This document shows, piece after piece, positions 28,512 through 37,327 of a stretch of DNA of 45,347 bases (position 1 is its first letter; each line of letters opens with the position of its first letter). Position numbers and translations under genes: made by a program. The DNA is from Candidatus Parvarchaeota archaeon (GTDB taxonomy: Archaea > Nanobdellota > Nanobdellia > Parvarchaeales > Parvarchaeaceae): contig JAMCRN010000004.1 in the NCBI GenBank assembly GCA_023380585.1, positions 1 to 45,347 of the forward strand, given 5' to 3'. The notes under the pieces were generated by a model that searched no databases, had not been told where the DNA came from, and saw only the letters and a program-made list of their open reading frames with translations.

Positions 28512-29878
28512 TGCTTTCCTGTCAGCTCTTCAAGGCTTTTACCCTTGGTTTCAGGAGCGAGTATCAGTGTAGCCAACAGACCTATAAGTGCGAATATACC
28601 GAAGAAAAGCATGCTGTACTTTATGCCTAACTGTGAAGCTATCAATGGGAAAGTCGTTATGCCTAGTATCGCTCCGACGCGGCTTATGGACGTACCAAGT
28701 CCCTGTCCTGTTGCTCTAAGCGAAGTAGGATAAAGCTCCTGTGGGTATACGAAGTCCATAGTGCCGGGGCCGAGAGTCTGTGTCACTTCAAAGAGTATGA
28801 ACATCGAAACTATGAGCACGCCAGATACAGCCACTACGGGTTTGCCTATGGCTACGCCGATAGGGGTGAAATAGAAAAGAGTGAACATCGCTATAAGCAT
28901 GCCCAAGAAACCAAGTGAATTCAAAAGCTTCCTGCCGGCTTTTTCTACCAGCAGAACGGCCAATACTCCGCCTATTATAGCGAACCCTGCGAATACCGCC
29001 GATGACAATACTGCATAGCTCTTCGTGAAACCTAATACTGTGAGTATGGTAGGGGTAAATATGCCTATCCCGTAGAAAGCAACATCATATGAAAACCAGA
29101 ATATCGCGACGAAAAGCGTCGCCTTTATATAACGCCTGTCGAAAAGCCTCAAGAAATTGGTCTTTACCTTCTTTGCTGAAAGACTGTCCGATCTCCCGAC
29201 GACAAAGCGCTCCACCTTCCTGGCTTCTTCTGACTTCCCATGGCTAGCCAGCCATCTCGGGGATTCCGGTATAGTCCTTCTCCAGAACAAGACTAGTATA
29301 GCAGGTATTATACCTACTGCGAACATGTATCTGAAAGCCTGTGTACCCAACGGCAAAAGCGCGTAGCCGATTATGAATGCAGCCGCATATCCTATCCACC
29401 ATGCAAGGACATTGAAGCTTAGAAGCCTGCCTCTCTTGTTTTTAGGAGAAAATTCTGCTATTATCGTAGTGCTTATAGCGTAGTCGGCGCCTATGCCGAT
29501 GCCTAAAAGCAACCTGAATGTGAACATCTGTATGAAGTTGACTGAGACTGCCGTAAGGGCCGTGAATACTATGAATATTACCATGTCCCACAGATACATA
29601 AGCCTCCTTCCATAGATATCGGTTATGTACCCTATCGATACGGCACCTATAAGCATTCCTATTACCGTGGATGCAGCTAAAAGTCCTAGATTGGCCGGAG
29701 AAGAAAGGTCGAAAGACGGTATCGTCTTCAGAAGAAGAATTGCTACAGAGATTATGGATATGTCAAAACCGTCCAAGAAGACGCCCATCGCAGAAAGAGC
29801 GGTTATCTTGTAATGGATACCTTTCATTTTAGCAGAGTCTAATGCGTTATAAACAGAACCACTCGATTTCTGCTGCAT
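28508..29878 (-). CDS. MFS transporter, sugar-porter/PHS-like
   Basis: FLDGFD, GYITDIYGRR, FRLLLGIGIGADY, AEFSPKNKRG, PESPRWL, YDVAFYG, ELYPTSLRA, PETKGKSLEE. Confidence 0.92.
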   Translation of the reverse strand: MQQKSSGSVYNALDSAKMKGIHYKITALSAMGVFLDGFDISIISVAILLLKTIPSFDLSSPANLGLLAASTVIGMLIGAVSIGYITDIYGRRLMYLWDMVIFIVFTALTAVSVNFIQMFTFRLLLGIGIGADYAISTTIIAEFSPKNKRGRLLSFNVLAWWIGYAAAFIIGYALLPLGTQAFRYMFAVGIIPAILVLFWRRTIPESPRWLASHGKSEEARKVERFVVGRSDSLSAKKVKTNFLRLFDRRYIKATLFVAIFWFSYDVAFYGIGIFTPTILTVLGFTKSYAVLSSAVFAGFAIIGGVLAVLLVEKAGRKLLNSLGFLGMLIAMFTLFYFTPIGVAIGKPVVAVSGVLIVSMFILFEVTQTLGPGTMDFVYPQELYPTSLRATGQGLGTSISRVGAILGITTFPLIASQLGIKYSMLFFGIFALIGLLATLILAPETKGKSLEELTGKQ

Positions 29879-29943
29879 GAAAAAACGTATTATTTGGTAT
29901 ATTTAAAGCTTTCCTAGTTTATGCATATATATATTGTATATTG

Positions 29944-30408
29944 TTACGTCAAGGACCTGCTCACATTGTCGATTATCTCTCTTATGCTGCTTTCAGCGGC
30001 TTTTCTCACGAGGTTCTCGCCGAAGACTTTGGCGAAACCACCGGTATCGACGCTTGCCTCCCAATGGATATTGGTGCCGGAAGCATTTGGTGACATATTT
30101 ATAAGTATCCTTATCTTGAAGCGAACGCCTATAGACTTGCCTTCCCCGGTAACGAGAAGGGAAGACTTTGGGACTTTTTCTTCAATCATACCGGAAAATT
30201 TTATATTTGCATTAGAGATATAGGAAGCTCCTAAGAATTTTCCTGTGTACTTCTTCAGGTCTATTGTGAACATGGCCTGGAACTTCTTGCCTTCTACACT
30301 TATGGAGTTTACACCGGGCAGGAATTTACTGAAATTATTCGGGTCTGATATCAACTGCCATACGATGTCCGGCGTAGCTTTGACTTCGAATCCTCCATTC
30401 AGCTCCAT
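29944..30408 (-). CDS. coxG: CoxG/SRPBCC family protein (probable GlpA membrane-anchoring partner)
   Basis: MELNGGFEVKA.P..VW..ISDP..F..FLPG and TNIHWEA.V..GG; immediately downstream of glpA. Confidence 0.8.
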   Translation of the reverse strand: MELNGGFEVKATPDIVWQLISDPNNFSKFLPGVNSISVEGKKFQAMFTIDLKKYTGKFLGASYISNANIKFSGMIEEKVPKSSLLVTGEGKSIGVRFKIRILINMSPNASGTNIHWEASVDTGGFAKVFGENLVRKAAESSIREIIDNVSRSLT

Positions 30409-30409
30409 A

Positions 30410-31720
30410 TCAATCAAAAAGCAATCGTGATATTATAAGATCCATCGCAGGAGAGTACATGTCGCTGAATGTCCGGCTGGAAGTCTCCTCAAGGACCTCC
30501 CTAAGGAAACCGTCCGATAAGCCGGTCTTTTCAGCTATCTTAGACAGATTATCATTGGTTAACTTTGGCCATTCAAGCTGTATCCTATTTGTTTTCGATC
30601 TTTCTTTAGAGCCAAATATATGACACACATGATCTCCTACGTCCTTGGCTATGAGCCTTGACGTGCTCAACTTCCCCCCTCCGATGCTTAACAAACCTGC
30701 CATATCATCAAGTTTTGAGTGGTCGAATATCATGAAATCCCTGCTTGTTTCCCTGCCTGTCGGATCCGACCCCGCCTGAGCCACGAGAGCCCTGACGCCT
30801 GAATAAGACCTGTGCACCGGCATGTTTTTTATGACCGGTATAAGTTTAGACCCCTCATTTTTCAAGAATTCTATATCGTCTTTGTCTATGCGGACCTTGT
30901 CCGGGCTGTTCACGAGGAAAGACGTCGTGCCGACTATAGACTGGCCGAAAAACGGCACGATTATATCACCGTCTGAAGGAGGCCTTAGGCGGTTCAGAAC
31001 ATATCTAGTGAAACGACTGTCGAAGACGATCATAGTACCGGCCGATAAGATCGTCTTCATGCTTCTTATATTCAGGCTCTTGAAAAGAAGACGGGAAGAC
31101 CACGCGCCGCTTGCATTGATAACCAAATCGGCCTTTAAATCCGCAGTTTTGCCGGTACGGACATTTCTAGTCCTTATACCAGTCACATTCTTCCCTGCTG
31201 TTTTGAAATCTATCACTTCGGTATCGAATAAGACATCGGCTCCCTCGCTCTTGGCGGTCAAAAGAAGGCTGGCGATGTATCTGAAAGAATTTATCACCTT
31301 ATCTGGCACCAAAAAAGCGGACTTTACGGATTTTGATATGAACGGTTCCTCCTGCTTTAATGATTCTATGTCTACCGGTCTGCATTCTATGCCTGCTTTT
31401 GCGCAGCCTTTAAGGAAGGCTTCTTTATACGAGTCGTCCTCCCCTTCCAAAGAAATGAAGAGACCGCCTGTGTCTTCCACGCAGTGTCCAGCTATTCTGC
31501 TTATGACTTTATTGTCCTGTACGCTTTCCCTGGCTGTTTTTATGTCGTTTGCGGCATACCTTGCACCGCTGTGAAGGAGCCCGTGGAACCTCCCGCTGGT
31601 TCCGCCTATTATATTCCCCTTTTCTACTACTGATACCTTGAATCCTCTGCTCGATAGATCATGCGCTATGGCCGAGCCGATGGCGCCTGCGCCTATCACC
31701 GCTATCTTTGTTTTCGACAT
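30410..31720 (-). CDS. glpA: FAD-dependent glycerol-3-phosphate dehydrogenase, C-terminally truncated GlpA type
   Basis: IAVIGAGAIG, GTSGRFHGLLHSGARYA, VINASGAW, LNRLRPPSDGDIIVP, YSGVRAL, GGKLST; no C-terminal BFD Cys cluster. Confidence 0.9.
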   Translation of the reverse strand: MSKTKIAVIGAGAIGSAIAHDLSSRGFKVSVVEKGNIIGGTSGRFHGLLHSGARYAANDIKTARESVQDNKVISRIAGHCVEDTGGLFISLEGEDDSYKEAFLKGCAKAGIECRPVDIESLKQEEPFISKSVKSAFLVPDKVINSFRYIASLLLTAKSEGADVLFDTEVIDFKTAGKNVTGIRTRNVRTGKTADLKADLVINASGAWSSRLLFKSLNIRSMKTILSAGTMIVFDSRFTRYVLNRLRPPSDGDIIVPFFGQSIVGTTSFLVNSPDKVRIDKDDIEFLKNEGSKLIPVIKNMPVHRSYSGVRALVAQAGSDPTGRETSRDFMIFDHSKLDDMAGLLSIGGGKLSTSRLIAKDVGDHVCHIFGSKERSKTNRIQLEWPKLTNDNLSKIAEKTGLSDGFLREVLEETSSRTFSDMYSPAMDLIISRLLFD

Positions 31721-31730
31721 AGTGGAAAGC

Positions 31731-31792
31731 GGCTGCCGGCCAGGGATATCCTTGACATCCTCCCATCAATAAATCTATGGGATTCCGCAGCC
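31731..31792 (-). ncRNA. Candidate structured 5' leader RNA (three-way junction) of glpA
   Basis: Minus strand GGCTGCGG AA TCCCAT-AGATTTATTG-ATGGGA GGATGTC-AAG-GATATCC CTGG CCGGCAGCC: closing stem plus two hairpins. Sits between the TATA box (31818-31824) and the ATG (31720). Confidence 0.5.
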
Positions 31793-31869
31793 AGGATAAT
31801 ACTTCGCAATGTGCAGATTTATAGCTTGTTTTTTGGCTGCCGATCCTGTGTTCTGCTTGTGTTTCCGAC

Positions 31870-32652
31870 TTAAATCAGCAGGGCGTCCTTTCTGAATGTC
31901 ATCAGACTTAGATAGAAAAGAAATACATCGACGAGCGCCAGAAACAGGATCAATATCGACAGGAACAGTACATTTAGCCTGGCCAGACCAAGCAGGGATG
32001 AGAAGGGAAGTATGAGGAGAGGCATGACCAGCAATGACGTAAGCTGCTGCGCCTCTTTTATGCCGCGCACGTGGGCTGATATCAGAACGACTATGGAGAT
32101 CGGGGCCAGGGCCAAGAATGGGACGCTTCCCAGCATAAGAAGCCATGAAGCTGTTGGGAGGATATATAGATGGAACTGCTGATATGATAGGAAATTTACT
32201 ATGGACCCGTATATCGCGAAGGCGAGGACTGTCATCAAAACCGTGGGCAAGAATGAGGCTAGTATCTTGCCTGACAAAAGTTCCCCTCTTGTCAGCGGTG
32301 AGGAAAGCAGCGGTTCCGCCGTCTTACGCTCTTTTTCGCCGGCAAAACTGTCCGCGGCTATTACAGCGGAAGTCACTATCGGCATGGTCATAAATATCGG
32401 GCCGAGGATGTTTATAGAGAAATAAGCCATGAAGGATATGCTCTTGAACGCCGGGAGGGAAGAAGATATGCCGGATATGTTTATCGCTGCGGCTATGCTT
32501 GGAGCCTCATGTATTGCTATATACAATGAGACTACAGGCAGGAAAGCCGCAAACGCAAGCGGTATCCCGAACATCGGACCGAATATGAATATGCTGCTGA
32601 ACACTTCTTTAAGGTCCTTCGCCGCCAATGATATCACTTTTCTGCCTTCCAT
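31870..32652 (-). CDS. ABC-2 type transporter permease
   Basis: AADSFAGEKERKTAEPLLSSP..LLSGKIL, KEAQQL; start moved to ATG 32652, just after the ATPase stop. Confidence 0.88.
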   Translation of the reverse strand: MEGRKVISLAAKDLKEVFSSIFIFGPMFGIPLAFAAFLPVVSLYIAIHEAPSIAAAINISGISSSLPAFKSISFMAYFSINILGPIFMTMPIVTSAVIAADSFAGEKERKTAEPLLSSPLTRGELLSGKILASFLPTVLMTVLAFAIYGSIVNFLSYQQFHLYILPTASWLLMLGSVPFLALAPISIVVLISAHVRGIKEAQQLTSLLVMPLLILPFSSLLGLARLNVLFLSILILFLALVDVFLFYLSLMTFRKDALLI

Positions 32653-32653
32653 A

Positions 32654-33559
32654 TCAATCCTTTGACATCTTTTCCAGGATCGGTTCAAGATAGTCGACGT
32701 TGACTATATCCGCTCCTGAAGACATAAGCCTCCTCAGTGTGCTGTTTATCTCCCTATAATCCTTTATTTTTACGCGTATGGAGCTGCTGTACTCTTCGTC
32801 TGCGCCGACTATCTCCAATCCCTCCTTCCTAAGCTTTTCTATGCGCATAGGCCTTGCGAAGCGGATGAGGATGGTAGCGTCTCCGCCTATTTTCTTGTAG
32901 AGAAGGTATGTTTTTGTATCGTCTGCCATGGCTCCTTTGTCCAGTATTATCAATCTCGAGTTGAACCTTGTGACCTCGTCCAGTTTCTGCGTGACGAACA
33001 ATACGGAATTGCCCTCTCTTGAATATGTCTTCATGAACTCTCTTACATATTCAGAGGAGGAAGCGTCCAAAAACGCTGTCGGCTCGTCCAAGAGAAGCGC
33101 TTTCGGCCTGTTCAGTATAGAGCGGCAGAAGGCTATCTTCTGCTTTGTGCCCCTGCTCAAGGAATAGACCTTCGCGTCAAGGAAACGCAGCGCGTCCATC
33201 TCTTTCAGCGTCTTCCTGGCTATTTCCTCTGTGTCCTCGTCTTTTATCCCATATAGCCTGCCGAAGAACCTTAGATTGTCAGACACGCTCAAATAATCAT
33301 AAAGGGAATAGTTGTCAGACAAAAGAGACATCCGCTGCCTTGACGCATCATCTTTGTACGGATCCCGCCCGAAAACCCTGATCTTCCCCGAGTCTATCCT
33401 GTACAGCCCCATTATGCACCGCAGCAGGGTGCTTTTGCCGGCGCCGTTCGGCCCTAGTATTATGCTCAGGCCTGGGTAGAAAGAAACTGTTATCTTGTTT
33501 ATGGCAGTGGTCGCCTTGAAACGCTTTGAGGCCCTGTTTATGGCGATGTATGGTTCCAT
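32654..33559 (-). CDS. ABC-2 type transporter ATP-binding protein
   Basis: GPNGAGKST, LSRGTKQK, LLLDEPT; the H-loop appears as VTQ. Confidence 0.93.
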   Translation of the reverse strand: MEPYIAINRASKRFKATTAINKITVSFYPGLSIILGPNGAGKSTLLRCIMGLYRIDSGKIRVFGRDPYKDDASRQRMSLLSDNYSLYDYLSVSDNLRFFGRLYGIKDEDTEEIARKTLKEMDALRFLDAKVYSLSRGTKQKIAFCRSILNRPKALLLDEPTAFLDASSSEYVREFMKTYSREGNSVLFVTQKLDEVTRFNSRLIILDKGAMADDTKTYLLYKKIGGDATILIRFARPMRIEKLRKEGLEIVGADEEYSSSIRVKIKDYREINSTLRRLMSSGADIVNVDYLEPILEKMSKD

Positions 33560-33653
33560 TTTATCCTAACATCATAATCATTACAAATTTTCACAATTTA
33601 TAAGTTCTATATAACAATAATACAATGTAAAAGCTACTTGACTTATAAAGATT

Positions 33654-33682
33654 TATATAACATAAAAATCATATGTTATATA
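33654..33682. promoter_or_regulatory. Perfect 11-bp inverted repeat over the TATA box and start of the MNT-HEPN operon (putative autorepression operator)
   Basis: TATATAACATA-N7-TATGTTATATA overlaps TTTATATA (33652-33659); an extra half-site TATATAACA lies at 33608-33616. Confidence 0.65.
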
Positions 33683-34266
33683 TGAAATACAAATCGATAC
33701 TACTGACCGAGCAGGCTTATAAGGAATTGCTAGCTGTAAGGGAATCGCTGTCGAAGAAGGCGTCCAAAGCCGTCACGTTCAGCGAAACCATCGAGGAATT
33801 GGCAGGTAGGAGATCTCTCCTTTTGAGCTTAAATCCGGATTTGGTCGACTATATAACAAAATTTGTCGAATTGTTGGAAAGACGGGAAGGAGTAAAAGGC
33901 GTAGTGCTTTTCGGCTCTATTTCAAAGGGCACTGCCACGAAATACAGTGATATAGACCTATTTATAATTGTCGAGGGAAAGTTGGGAGATTATTATGATT
34001 ATGCGCACACCGCTATAATGTCCCTCAACGAACGCAGGCAGGTTTTAGTTGAGAAGGGCGTGTTTAATTACTTGAGCCCTACGGTAGTGGGTATAGAAGA
34101 CCTGAACGAATTTAAACCGCTGTATCTTGACATAGCCGATTACGGGATAGTGCTGTATGACCCTGAAGGGATTGTAGGAGGATTTATGAAAAAAATGAAA
34201 GCTATCCCGCATAGGAGGGAGCAAACTGTCTATGGAGAGGTGCTGAAATGGAAAATAAAAGAGTAG
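33682..34266 (+). CDS. Minimal nucleotidyltransferase (MNT) antitoxin with N-terminal RHH/VapB-like DNA-binding domain
   Basis: N-terminal KSILLTEQAYKEL..TFSETIEEL; NTase motif LFGSISKG..SDIDLFII; C-terminal GIVLYD. Start taken as ATG 33682, ~23 nt after the TATA box. Confidence 0.82.
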   Translation: MKYKSILLTEQAYKELLAVRESLSKKASKAVTFSETIEELAGRRSLLLSLNPDLVDYITKFVELLERREGVKGVVLFGSISKGTATKYSDIDLFIIVEGKLGDYYDYAHTAIMSLNERRQVLVEKGVFNYLSPTVVGIEDLNEFKPLYLDIADYGIVLYDPEGIVGGFMKKMKAIPHRREQTVYGEVLKWKIKE

Positions 34267-34658
34267 CTACATGGCTAGACGATGCGAAAAGATGGCTTGC
34301 AATGTCGAGATCCGCTGAAAAGGATAAATTTTATGACAAGGGGCTTTATTGTCTGGAGATGTCGATGGAATCCGCCATAAAAGCGCTTTTTACCGGTTCA
34401 GATATAGAATTTCCCAAGACTCATAATATGACACACCTGATATTGCTCAACAAAGACAGTTTGCCGCTGCCGATAAAGAGGGATTCAGAAGAGTTGATAG
34501 ACGTTTTCAGTGCTCTTCTCGAAAGCAGAAACGCATCAGGCTACAAGGCCGAAAGTAGTTTTACGGATATTGAGTTTAAGAAGAAATTAGACAGGTACAT
34601 GCCTCGCTCAGAAAAACTTATAAAAGAGATAGAAGACAGCCTAAATAAACCGTTATAA
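34248..34658 (+). CDS. HEPN domain protein
   Basis: WL..A...L..., E.AIKALF, FPKTHNM, SRNASGY; overlaps the MNT gene; GGAGAGG SD upstream. Confidence 0.82.
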   Translation: MENKRVATWLDDAKRWLAMSRSAEKDKFYDKGLYCLEMSMESAIKALFTGSDIEFPKTHNMTHLILLNKDSLPLPIKRDSEELIDVFSALLESRNASGYKAESSFTDIEFKKKLDRYMPRSEKLIKEIEDSLNKPL

Positions 34659-34755
34659 ATAAGAGCTTTGATAGCAACGTATAAAGTATGAAAGATAGCT
34701 TTCTTTTGGAGATTTAATACGAAATTAATTATACTTTAGAAATATATATAAACAG

Positions 34756-35088
34756 ATGAGTCATTTGACTATGATGGAAAAAAGAACGTTCAGTCTGGAA
34801 GAGATATTAAAGAACAACGTTATATTATCCTCCAAAGACAGAAAGGTAAGGATATACGGACTTCTTAACGAAGGAAGGAAGTCGGACGTCAGCGCATACG
34901 TCGAAAGCGACAGCATAAATGGGTCTTTTTACAGTGTAAAAATAGAAGTCGAACCAGAGATAAAGCACCTTGTTTATGGAAGCTGCACGTGCGAAAGCTT
35001 CGAGTACCATGGGAACCCGTGCAAGCACATGCTTAAGCTTAGAAACGTATTCCAGAAGAACCTGGATAAACTTTATAATAAAAAGTAA
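34756..35088 (+). CDS. Stand-alone SWIM zinc-finger protein
   Basis: Y-x-V-x-I..SCTCESFEYHGNPCKHM (CxC-x9-CxH). Confidence 0.85.
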   Translation: MSHLTMMEKRTFSLEEILKNNVILSSKDRKVRIYGLLNEGRKSDVSAYVESDSINGSFYSVKIEVEPEIKHLVYGSCTCESFEYHGNPCKHMLKLRNVFQKNLDKLYNKK

Positions 35089-35133
35089 GCGGGAACGCAC
35101 ATGTGTCTCGCCGGGCTTTTAATGCAGGGCTGT

Positions 35134-35217
35134 TCAATCGCTGCAGCAGCCGCAGTTGCATCCACACTCGCAGCCGTCTTCCTTTTTAGACTTCTCCTCT
35201 GATTTCTTTTCTGCCAT
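35134..35217 (-). CDS. 27-aa Cys-rich metallothionein-like micropeptide
   Basis: Not in the ORF track. ATG 35217 to TGA 35134 gives MAEKKSEEKSKKEDGCECGCNCGCCSD. TTTATAAT lies ~23-30 nt upstream, at the leaderless spacing seen for other genes here. Confidence 0.75.
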   Translation of the reverse strand: MAEKKSEEKSKKEDGCECGCNCGCCSD

Positions 35218-35340
35218 TGGATATATATGCTGGCTCATATTATAAATATGTTTATACATGCTGTGTAATGCCCAATGAGACGATGCATTTGACAAAGTAT
35301 ATAAGCGGTAGCTTTTAATCTTATGGAATCATAGGCCATT

Positions 35341-35751
35341 ATGGATTATCCCACTGATGAGAAAAGGCAGTATGCGCTCTCCAGGCTGGAAGAAGCCCTT
35401 ATAGAATTCAATAGGATCTCAAATGGGCCTGAAAAAATAAGGGGCAGGCTTGGCGAATTCAAACGCAGGGGATTCCTTTATACGCACCTGGAAGAATATA
35501 TTGTCTTACCTGCAGAGGCCATGAAAACGTACCATTATAATAGTCTAGGCCTTAGGAGACCATATGTTACCGGGGAAGGCGGAGTATTAAACGGATTATA
35601 TGACGAAAAAAACGACGTTATGATAATAATACAGGATTTTTTGGAAAAAGCTGAAAAAGACGATATCATCAAAACGATAAAGAGATTGAACATCCTCCGA
35701 GGTAGACATAAGTCGTATTCGGAAGACGCTCTCAAGCGGAAGCTGCCCTGA
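35341..35751 (+). CDS. Hypothetical protein
   Basis: 136-aa ORF, TTTTAAT ~22-28 nt upstream; overlaps the convergent pyrG end by 20 bp. Confidence 0.65.
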   Translation: MDYPTDEKRQYALSRLEEALIEFNRISNGPEKIRGRLGEFKRRGFLYTHLEEYIVLPAEAMKTYHYNSLGLRRPYVTGEGGVLNGLYDEKNDVMIIIQDFLEKAEKDDIIKTIKRLNILRGRHKSYSEDALKRKLP

Positions 35752-37327
35752 GGAAGGACAAAAACAGAGGGGCCGGCTCTTCTAGCCTGGACTTAAGTTC
35801 TGGGTGGGACTGGACCCCTATCCCGAAACCGCCAGTCCATTCTATCGCTTCTACGAGCTTCCAACTCGGATCTGACGCAGAGAAGACCAACCCTGCTTTT
35901 TCCATTCTCTTCCTGAACTTATTGTTGAACTCATATCTGTGCCTGTGTCTTTCTGAGACCCATCTCCGTTTGTAAGAATCGTATATTATAGAATCTACCC
36001 TGTCGATCCTTGTCTTCCAGGAACCAAGCCGCATTGTGCCGCCTTTTTTATCTATCCCTCTCTGGGAAGGCAGGATGTCTATGACGTTATACTTCGTCCT
36101 TTTGTCGAATTCTGTGGAATTGGCTCCGCGCATTTTACACACGTTTCTGGCGAATTCCACTGCCATCATCTGCATCCCCAGGCACAGGCCGAGATAAGGT
36201 ATACCGTTTTCCCTTGCGTATTTTATTGCGCGTATCATGCCTTCGCTGCCCCTTCTGCCGAAACCGCCTGGTACTACTATGCCATCTGCGCTCTTAAGGT
36301 AATCTTCTTCGTGTCCTTTCTCCAATTTTTCTGATTCGAGCCAGTTTATGACCACCTCCTCGCCAAGATAGCCTGCCGCGTGGAGAAGAGCTTCCTTTAC
36401 GCTCACGTATGCATCCCTAAGCTCTACGTACTTGCCGACTATGAATATATTGAGCGTCTTTCCCCTCTTTGAGCATATAGCTGATGCTCTTCTTCTCCAG
36501 CTATCAAGTTTCCCGTGGTTTATACTCCTCCTGTCGCCAAGCGCTTTCAGCAGTTCCTCTCCAAAACCGTCACGCATGAAACGCTCGGGAAGCGAATAGA
36601 TGTTTGGGTCGTCAGAGTCGTCTATTATCCTGCTTATCGGAGTGCTCGTATAAAGGGCTATCTTCTCCTTGATATTGCTTAGGAGCCTGGATTCGGATCT
36701 ACAGAATATGAAATCCGGCTTTATACCCATCTGCATCAGCAGCCTGAAAGCTATCTGAGTAGGTTTTGTCTTCTGCTCCCCAACGGCAGAGAGCTGCGGC
36801 ACATAGGTTATGTTTACGAAGATCACTTCATGCCTCAAAGCCAGCTGCCTCATCGCCTCTATGAAATAGCCATTTTCCAGGTCGCCGACGGTCCCCCCTA
36901 CTTCTATGACCATGATGTCAAGTTTTCTCCTCCTGGATATGTCTTCTATGTGCTCTATTATGCCGTCGACAAGATGCGGGACTATCTGTACATCGCTCCC
37001 GAGGTAGTCTCCTTTCCTCTCCTTAGAGATTATCTCAGTGAATATCCTGCCGCTTGTCATAGATGACTCTTTCGTAAGGCTCTTGTTCAAAAAGCGCTCA
37101 TAAATACCGAAATCCATGTCCACTTCGCTTTTGTCATCAAGTACGAAGACCTCCCCGTGCCTGTAGGGGTTCATCGTACCGCAGTCATAGTTAAGATAGC
37201 CGTCGAATTTCAGCGGCATGACTCTGTAATCATATAAATCCAGTATCTTGAGGATAGAAGCCGTAAGAACGCCCTTCCCAAGCCCGCTGAGAAGCGATCC
37301 GAGCACTACTATGTATTTCGTATGCAT
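35732..37327 (-). CDS. pyrG: CTP synthase
   Basis: SGLGKG, GTMNPYRHGEVFV, IEVGGTVGD, EQKTKPTQ, PGGFG, LCLGMQ, ERHRHRYE, HPE. Confidence 0.97.
   Translation of the reverse strand: MHTKYIVVLGSLLSGLGKGVLTASILKILDLYDYRVMPLKFDGYLNYDCGTMNPYRHGEVFVLDDKSEVDMDFGIYERFLNKSLTKESSMTSGRIFTEIISKERKGDYLGSDVQIVPHLVDGIIEHIEDISRRRKLDIMVIEVGGTVGDLENGYFIEAMRQLALRHEVIFVNITYVPQLSAVGEQKTKPTQIAFRLLMQMGIKPDFIFCRSESRLLSNIKEKIALYTSTPISRIIDDSDDPNIYSLPERFMRDGFGEELLKALGDRRSINHGKLDSWRRRASAICSKRGKTLNIFIVGKYVELRDAYVSVKEALLHAAGYLGEEVVINWLESEKLEKGHEEDYLKSADGIVVPGGFGRRGSEGMIRAIKYARENGIPYLGLCLGMQMMAVEFARNVCKMRGANSTEFDKRTKYNVIDILPSQRGIDKKGGTMRLGSWKTRIDRVDSIIYDSYKRRWVSERHRHRYEFNNKFRKRMEKAGLVFSASDPSWKLVEAIEWTGGFGIGVQSHPELKSRLEEPAPLFLSFLRAASA

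Noticed and set aside
27773..31736. 8-bp inverted repeat (GCAGCCGC / GCGGCTGC) flanking the glpA cassette as mobile-element ends
   Set aside because: Too short, no transposase or target duplication, and each copy is explained by a local hairpin.
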